DNA of 64,000 bases from the NCBI RefSeq assembly GCF_009914755.1, contig NC_060928.1; one strand, written 5' to 3'. The notes under the pieces are model-generated. The model saw nothing but the letters and a program-made list of their open reading frames with translations, was not told the origin of the DNA and did no database searches. A program made the translations under genes and the position numbers. The stretch's first letter is position 1. Each line of letters opens with the position of its first letter. Source of the stretch: the human T2T-CHM13v2.0 reference genome, Homo sapiens. Of this stretch, positions 56,945 to 64,000 are shown in pieces.

Positions 56945-57372
56945 CAATATTAGTAGATAACACTTACTATGCATCTAGCATATTGTTTCATTTAACAATG
57001 GTAACCAACTTATCATAAGAGAGGTCCACTTATCTTCCCAGTATATAGATGAGGACATTGCACTAGAGAGATTAATAACTTGGCAAACACCCACAGCTTT
57101 TAAGGATTGGAGCTGGACTTCAAAGCCAGGGGGTCTGGCTTCTGGGTCCTTGCTCTCATCCAAACCTCTAAACTGACACTCTAGAATCTTGCTGCATTTC
57201 AGGCTTTGTGTCTTACTAGGAAATAAGTATGATTATATTCATTTTATAGTCAAAGAAACTTGAACTCAGCAAGGTCCAGTGACTTGTTTTAGGTCACTTA
57301 CATATTAGTCTGTGATAGAGCTTCAAGATAACCCAGGTGAATCTTACTACAAAATCCATGATCTTTACACTA
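56945..57372 (-). mobile_element. Two tandem MIR copies
   Basis: atagatgaggac...taacttggcaaac...tctggcttc; attttatagtcaaagaaact...gacttgttttaggtcac. Confidence 0.65.
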
Positions 57373-57621
57373 CATTAGAATTCAAAGCATCTGGCACATA
57401 GTAGGTGCTCATCTCTGAAAAGGCAAAGCTGGAAAAAGGCAAATGCAGGGTGGATTGAGCCAATATGTTTTAAGATGTTTGGTTTTAGTGTGTCATTTTG
57501 ACACAAGGAGTTTGAAAACTCTTCGGTGTGCACTCCCTTGCCAGCGCAGGAAAGTGAGGAAGAGAGGACAGCCGCATAAGAGGAGAGTGTGGGAAGGCAA
57601 GAAGCTACCCTACTGCAAATG

Positions 57622-57697
57622 GAGAGTTGTGAGGAACCATCATTAATGTTCTTTCATACAACTGAGAGTTGTGAGAAACCATCATTAATATTCTTTC
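57622..57697. repeat. Tandem duplication, period 42 bp
   Basis: gagagttgtgag(g/a)aaccatcattaat(g/a)ttctttc at 57622-57655 and 57664-57697. Confidence 0.9.
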
Positions 57698-58324
57698 GTT
57701 TTATACTATTTTGGATATGGGCTTTGGAAGACAATATTTTCAGGGTTATTATGACTCAGACCCAGTTTGTGCCATAGCCAAATGCAGGGATGCACACACA
57801 CTTACATGTCTGCATTTATATTTAACTCTTGAAAGATGGTCAAAAAGATGGTCATTTTCAGCTTGGTTAATTAAAAAAAAAAAGAATGCTCACGTTCTTG
57901 ATTTTTCAATGTTTTTATCAAGAACAAATTTGCTGACTCTTGATTCTCACCTCTACTATACAGTAGGTTTGATGTATAGCTGAATAAAATGCAATATTTG
58001 CTATATGATTGATTTATTCTCTTAACTCATTAAGTGTAGTTTAGTGTAAATTAATCATCTTATAAGAGAAATTGTTTTTCCAACAACAATTTACTGCATA
58101 TTTTATTTTTATCCTCAACCTATATCAGAACTGCTGATTTAATATAAAAGAAAATCCAAATTAATTGTTTTGTATGCTATGATAAAATCTTTCATATTTA
58201 TACTGTAAACTAACAGAGTAGATAGGCAAATACTATTTTGTCATGCAAGCATCATTTTATTTCAGATATCTGAGGCCTGATAAGTTACCTTATTACTCAT
58301 AATTTTTAAATAAAATTTTTAAAT

Positions 58325-60715
58325 AAAAACTTTATTGATATGGAATTCATATAACATAAAAATCATGCTTTTAACTTATACAATTTAGCGATTTTATATT
58401 TTCATAGAGTTATGTAATCATCACCACTATCTAATTTTAAGACTATTTTCCATAACCCCAAAAAGAAATCTTCAGCCCATTAGCAATCATTATTAAAAGA
58501 CAATTATTTTTCTATGGAATTGTCTTGGGACCTTTAGGAAAATCAATCATGAATGTAAGGGCTTATTTCTGTACTATCACTTTCTTCTTCTTTTTCAAGT
58601 TTGTTTTGTCAATTCTGGATCTTTTGAATTTACATGTGAACTTTAGGATTAAGATTGTCAATTTCTGCAAAAGCATCAGTTTACATTTTAATAGTGATTA
58701 TATTGAAACTGTAAATCAGTTTGAGTAGTATTGGTATTGTAATAATGGTAAATATCCTGATTCATGAAAATGAATGTTTTCCATTTATTTACTTTTTTTC
58801 TAAGTGCTGCATCCAGTGTTTTGCTTTCTCTGCTATGATTTTGTTTTCATTCACCTTAAAGTATTACATAATTTTCTTTTGTTCTCTTCCCTTAAATCAC
58901 TGCTTATTTAAGTATGTTGTTGAATTTCACATATTTGTGAATTTCCCAAATTTTCCTTTGTTATTTATTTCTAATTTTATTTCATTGTGTTAAAATAACA
59001 TATTTCAATATTATTTCAATTCTTTTAAATTGAGACTTGTTCCGGAGATGTTCCAGGTGCATATGGAATTAATGTGTATTTTTATTGCTGTTGCGTAAAG
59101 TATTCTATAGATGTCTGTTAGGTTTAGTTGATTTATAGTGTTGTTTGAGTTTCTATTTTGTTACTGATTTTCTGTCCAGGTGTTCCATTCATAGTTGAAA
59201 GTTGGCTTTGAAGTCTCCAACTATAATTTATAAATTGTTTATCTCTCATTTCAAGTGTGGCCACTCTTGCTTTTTATTTTGGAGCTCTGTTTTTACGTGT
59301 CATGTTAATGATTTTCATGTCTGCCTAATATATTGATCATTTTCTAATTATGAAATATACTTCTTTTTCTATTAACAGATTTTTTCCTATTACTCCAGCT
59401 TTCCTATGGGTACTCTTTACACAATAGGTATTTTTCCATCCTTTTATTTTCAATCTATTTGTGTTTTTGAATTTGAAGTTAGTATCTTTATATGGCATCT
59501 AGGTATATCATGTTTTTGTTTTGTTTTTCCATTCTGTGAAGCTCTGCCTTTTGATTTCATTATTTAATTCATGTACTTTACTTAGTAAAGTAATATTTGG
59601 TCCATTTAATTACTGACAAATTAGGATTTATGTCAGTCATTTTGTAATGAATTTGTCATGTTTTGCTATTTGAATTTGTTTTCCATATGTTTTATGTGTT
59701 TTTCTCTCTTATTGCTTCCATAGTCTTTTCTAATGTAAAATATGTATTTTCTAAGGTGCAATTTTAATTCCCTTGTTATGAAATTTGTTTTTATATTTGT
59801 TTATTTTGCTTTGTTTGATTTTCTAGCTTCTGCTCTGCAGATTACAATTAACCTCTTCATTTATAATAATTGGGTTTGTTAAATTAATTAAATACCAACT
59901 TGATTTCATTTGTATACAAAACCTGTTCCAATACAGCTTGTGTCCCCCTAGCTACTTTATGCTGTCATTGTTATACAGATTACATCCTTACCCATCCTAG
60001 GTCTAACAAGGCAACTTGTAACTGTTGCTTTATGCAGTTGTTTTTTAAATTAGATGAAAAAAAGTTGTGAAAATATATTTATACTATCTTTTATATTTAC
60101 CTATACAGTTACCTCTCTATTTTTTCATGTGATTTGAATTACCCTCTAGTGTCCTTTTATTTCAGCCTGAATGACTCCTTATAGTATTTCTCTTACAGCA
60201 CATCTACTAGCAACACCTTTTTTAAAAATTTTTTTGTTTTGTTAAATATGGAAATATCCAAGCTTCTCCCTCAATGTTTTGGAGGATAGTATTTTTCTGA
60301 ATGTAGAATCCTTGCATGACATCTTCCCTCCCACCCTTGAAGAATTTCAAATATGTTATTTCATTGCCTTTTGACCTCCATGGTTTCGGATGAGAAGTAA
60401 ACTATTAATATTCTTGAAGATCCCTTGTGAATGATGGTCCGCTTTTTTCTTACTGCTTTCAAGAGCCTCTCCTTGCCTTTGTCTTTCAGCAGATTGTCTA
60501 TGATGGGTCTGTGTGTGGACTTCATTGATTTCATCTTACTTGGAGTTTGTTGAGCTTCTTGGATGTATAGATTTATATTTTTCATCAAATTTTGGAAGTT
60601 TTCAGCCAGTATTTATTTAAATATTTTTATTCTATTTTTTCCTCTCCTCTACTTACTGAATTCCCTTTATGCATGTTTTTGCTCAGTAATGGTGTTCAGC
60701 AGATCTCAAAGATTA
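58325..60715 (-). mobile_element. Old L1M (L1MB-like 3' end) with large internal deletions, reaching ORF1
   Basis: Reverse L1MB tail at 58325; ORF 60361-60588 (-) is an ORF1 remnant (IQEAQQTP..., KERLLKAVR, FSSETME). Confidence 0.85.
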
Positions 60716-60797
60716 ATGAATTTTGACTGAATATTTATATAAGTGTGCAGTGGAAGAAGGAAATATTTTGTTTCAGATAATAAAAAGTCTTTATACT

Positions 60798-61105
<308 letters not shown>

Positions 61106-61809
61106 TTATAAATATTTAGAATGCTGGGAGGTACAGCTTGGAGAAGTGAATATTTAATGTTAAAATGTGTCGTTATTATAATTATAGCAGATATAATTTT
61201 GATCACTTAACTAATTTTTTCAATATTACCAAATTTAATTCTTTACATAGGAATAATTACAGAAGCTTTATTAATGGGTTAAGATCCATAAGGCAATTTG
61301 TAAATAAACCTATTTGTCTCAAAGTTCCAGGTTGCTTTACTACAGCTTTATTATAGCTATCAATATGTTTTGGCTGAGAGCAGGGTCAGTGCACTCTTTC
61401 CAGAGAGCATGAAAGCTTGAACCTTAGTAGTTCATATGTAGAGTGATTCTGTATTCCCATTTTATAGATGAGGAAACTGAAGCTCAAAGAGATTTAACAT
61501 TTTTAACATAATTTTTGTTATATTATCAAAGATACATAAAATTATGTTCCAGACTGGTAGATTATAAATAGTTTGTGAGCGGGGTCTTTGATTTATTAAA
61601 TTCTTATCCTCAGTTCCAAGAACATAATAGATACTCAGTTAGTGATGACACAGTATTAGAATCAACCAATTTTACAATATATCCTGGCCATTGTTGAGGC
61701 ATTTATTTCCTGTACTCTATAGATTTTATGTGTATAAATCTTTGGAAAATGTATCAACATGATATTTGTATATTGAAAATGTCACTCTTGAATGTATTAT
61801 TGTCATTCT

Positions 61810-62182
61810 TTCTGGATTCGTCCACTAGGGCTACCATAGCAAAATACCACAGACTGGGAAGCTTCAAGAACAGCATTTATTTTCTCATAGTTCTGGAGGC
61901 TGGAAATCCAAGTTCAAGGCACCAGCAGATTTGGTTTGACATCGGGTTCCTGACTTTGGCTTGCAGATGGCTGTCTTCTTGCTGTGTCCTCACATGGCCT
62001 TTTCTCTGTGCAAGCACTCTATACCATTCCTATTGGATTAGGGCCACATACTTATTATCTCATTACTTATTATCTCATTTAATGTAGTTACCTCCTTAAA
62101 GGTCCTATCACCAAATACATTTACGCTGGAGGTGAGAACTTCAACATATGAATTTTGGGGAGACACAATTTAATCCATAAAA
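61810..62182 (-). mobile_element. MLT1A0-like MaLR LTR
   Basis: aaaataccacagactggg...ttctggaggctggaaatccaag...ttcaacatatgaattttggggagacacaatt; internal 15-bp duplication tacttattatctcat. Confidence 0.88.
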
Positions 62183-62689
62183 CCCTCTTTTGTGTAATGA
62201 TTCTGAGATACTGAGAAAAATGCTCCATTTCAGGTATTTTTAAATGAAAAAAAAAATCGTATCAACTCCTGCCCTTTAACTTTCAAAGTTAAAATTCATG
62301 TTAGATGATTATTTGTTTTAAAAGTGCTTACTCTGGTGTGCTTTTTAAAAGACTATAAATCCCATTAATAAAGTCGAACAGAAGCTTGAAAACAATTAAG
62401 AAATTTAAGAATGAGCTAAATTGTTCTCACAAAAAGAGGAAAACTACAATTCCTGCTGAACAAGTCTTTCATTCAGTTCTTCATTCAATTCACATTAGCC
62501 TCAATTGGAAAAATGTCCCTGTTCAGTTAAACAAGTTAAGCCTGATCTTAAGTGTATCTGACTTGCCTTCTATGTTCTTCCAGCCACAGGAAATTCCTCC
62601 ATGCCAATTTTTTAAAACTGCTATCAAATCTTTTTTTTTTTTTTTTCACTCAAGTGCGACACATTTAAATGTGACCACAGGAACAAATG

Positions 62690-62880
62690 GAAAGAGATTG
62701 AAGCCTTGACTTGAAATGTGAGCTTTCCTCTTTACTAGTCAGTAAGGTATTGAGAAAGTTACTTGACCTCATCCTTCATTACCTTGTCTCTAGAATTAGG
62801 AGATCAGCATGTATGGTGATCATGGAAATTAAATAAAATTATATGTCAGGGCCTATTGCATTTATTGTCTGACTCATCCT
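62690..62880 (+). mobile_element. MIR fragment
   Basis: tttactagt...aaagttacttgacctc...aaattaaataaaatt. Confidence 0.55.
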
Positions 62881-63046
62881 AATCCCCTTATTCCTTTCTT
62901 AGTGTTTCTTTGTTTGTTGATTTATTTTTGTCCATAGTCTCATGATTTGGAGATAGGGCTCCAGCTTTCTCTGCTAATGTATTTCCTACCCCTCTCTTCC
63001 TCTGTCAGTGACTGGAGAACTATCTTCTTCTGACATGCCCAGCTAG

Positions 63047-63505
<459 letters not shown>

Positions 63506-64000
63506 TAGCCAACTCCTTCTTATCCCTTTGATGTGTACAAAAATCACTTCTTCTTGTGGCCCTTATAATCACTCACATCCTAAATGGCATATGTGTTCCT
63601 ACTATGCTCCACTGTAGCCCATAACTATCTTTCACCTTGTTAAATTTTCAGCACTTTCCACTGTATGAAATGATCTTAAGGGGTTGTCCTGTCTCTCCTA
63701 TAGTAGAGTGTACCACTGGAAGAGGCAGAGACATTTTCTGTCTTAATGTTGGTATGTAGTGGGGTCTGACCATCAATATCAGTTGAATTGGCATGGGAAT
63801 GGATGACTCTGTACATAGGAGGCCAAACAAATAAAAATTTTAAAACCGCTTATCTGACAGGATCACGCTTTTTTCACTTCGGCTGTTGTTAGTTTTAATT
63901 CTCTGAAGTTATACATGGTTAGATAAAATGGTCTATGAAAGTCCTGGGTGGTGATGGGACTAGAGACAAGGATTCAAAATGTATTATAGCAAATTTATGT

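Noticed and set aside
57622-57697. CRISPR-like repeat-spacer pattern
   Set aside because: Only two copies with an 8-nt gap, in primate DNA with no cas genes.

Overview
AT-rich, CpG-poor non-coding DNA from a simian primate (human-like): AluJ, AluS and AluY copies, primate L1PA elements, and older mammalian L1M, L2, MIR, MaLR/ERVL LTRs and DNA-transposon fossils (MADE1, MER58A, MER5, Charlie1b, Tigger3b). I cannot support any protein-coding gene, RNA gene or CRISPR array. The listed ORFs are Alu or L1 fragments, microsatellite read-throughs or random short ORFs. The window reads as a large intron or a gene desert, and I cannot name the locus. The most notable items are: (1) a first ~5 kb with no transposon I can recognise, holding two + strand cassette or micro-exon candidates (960-962 and 4841-4892), each followed by RBFOX-type (T)GCATG clusters; (2) a very old RTE/L4-like reverse-transcriptase fossil next to a Tigger3b; (3) a Charlie1b split by a 1.7 kb mosaic insert, all inside an MLT1 LTR; (4) an internal micro-inversion in an old L1. 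Repeat subfamily names come from remembered consensus sequences, not an alignment run, and boundaries of old repeats are approximate. I found no convincing new biological system.
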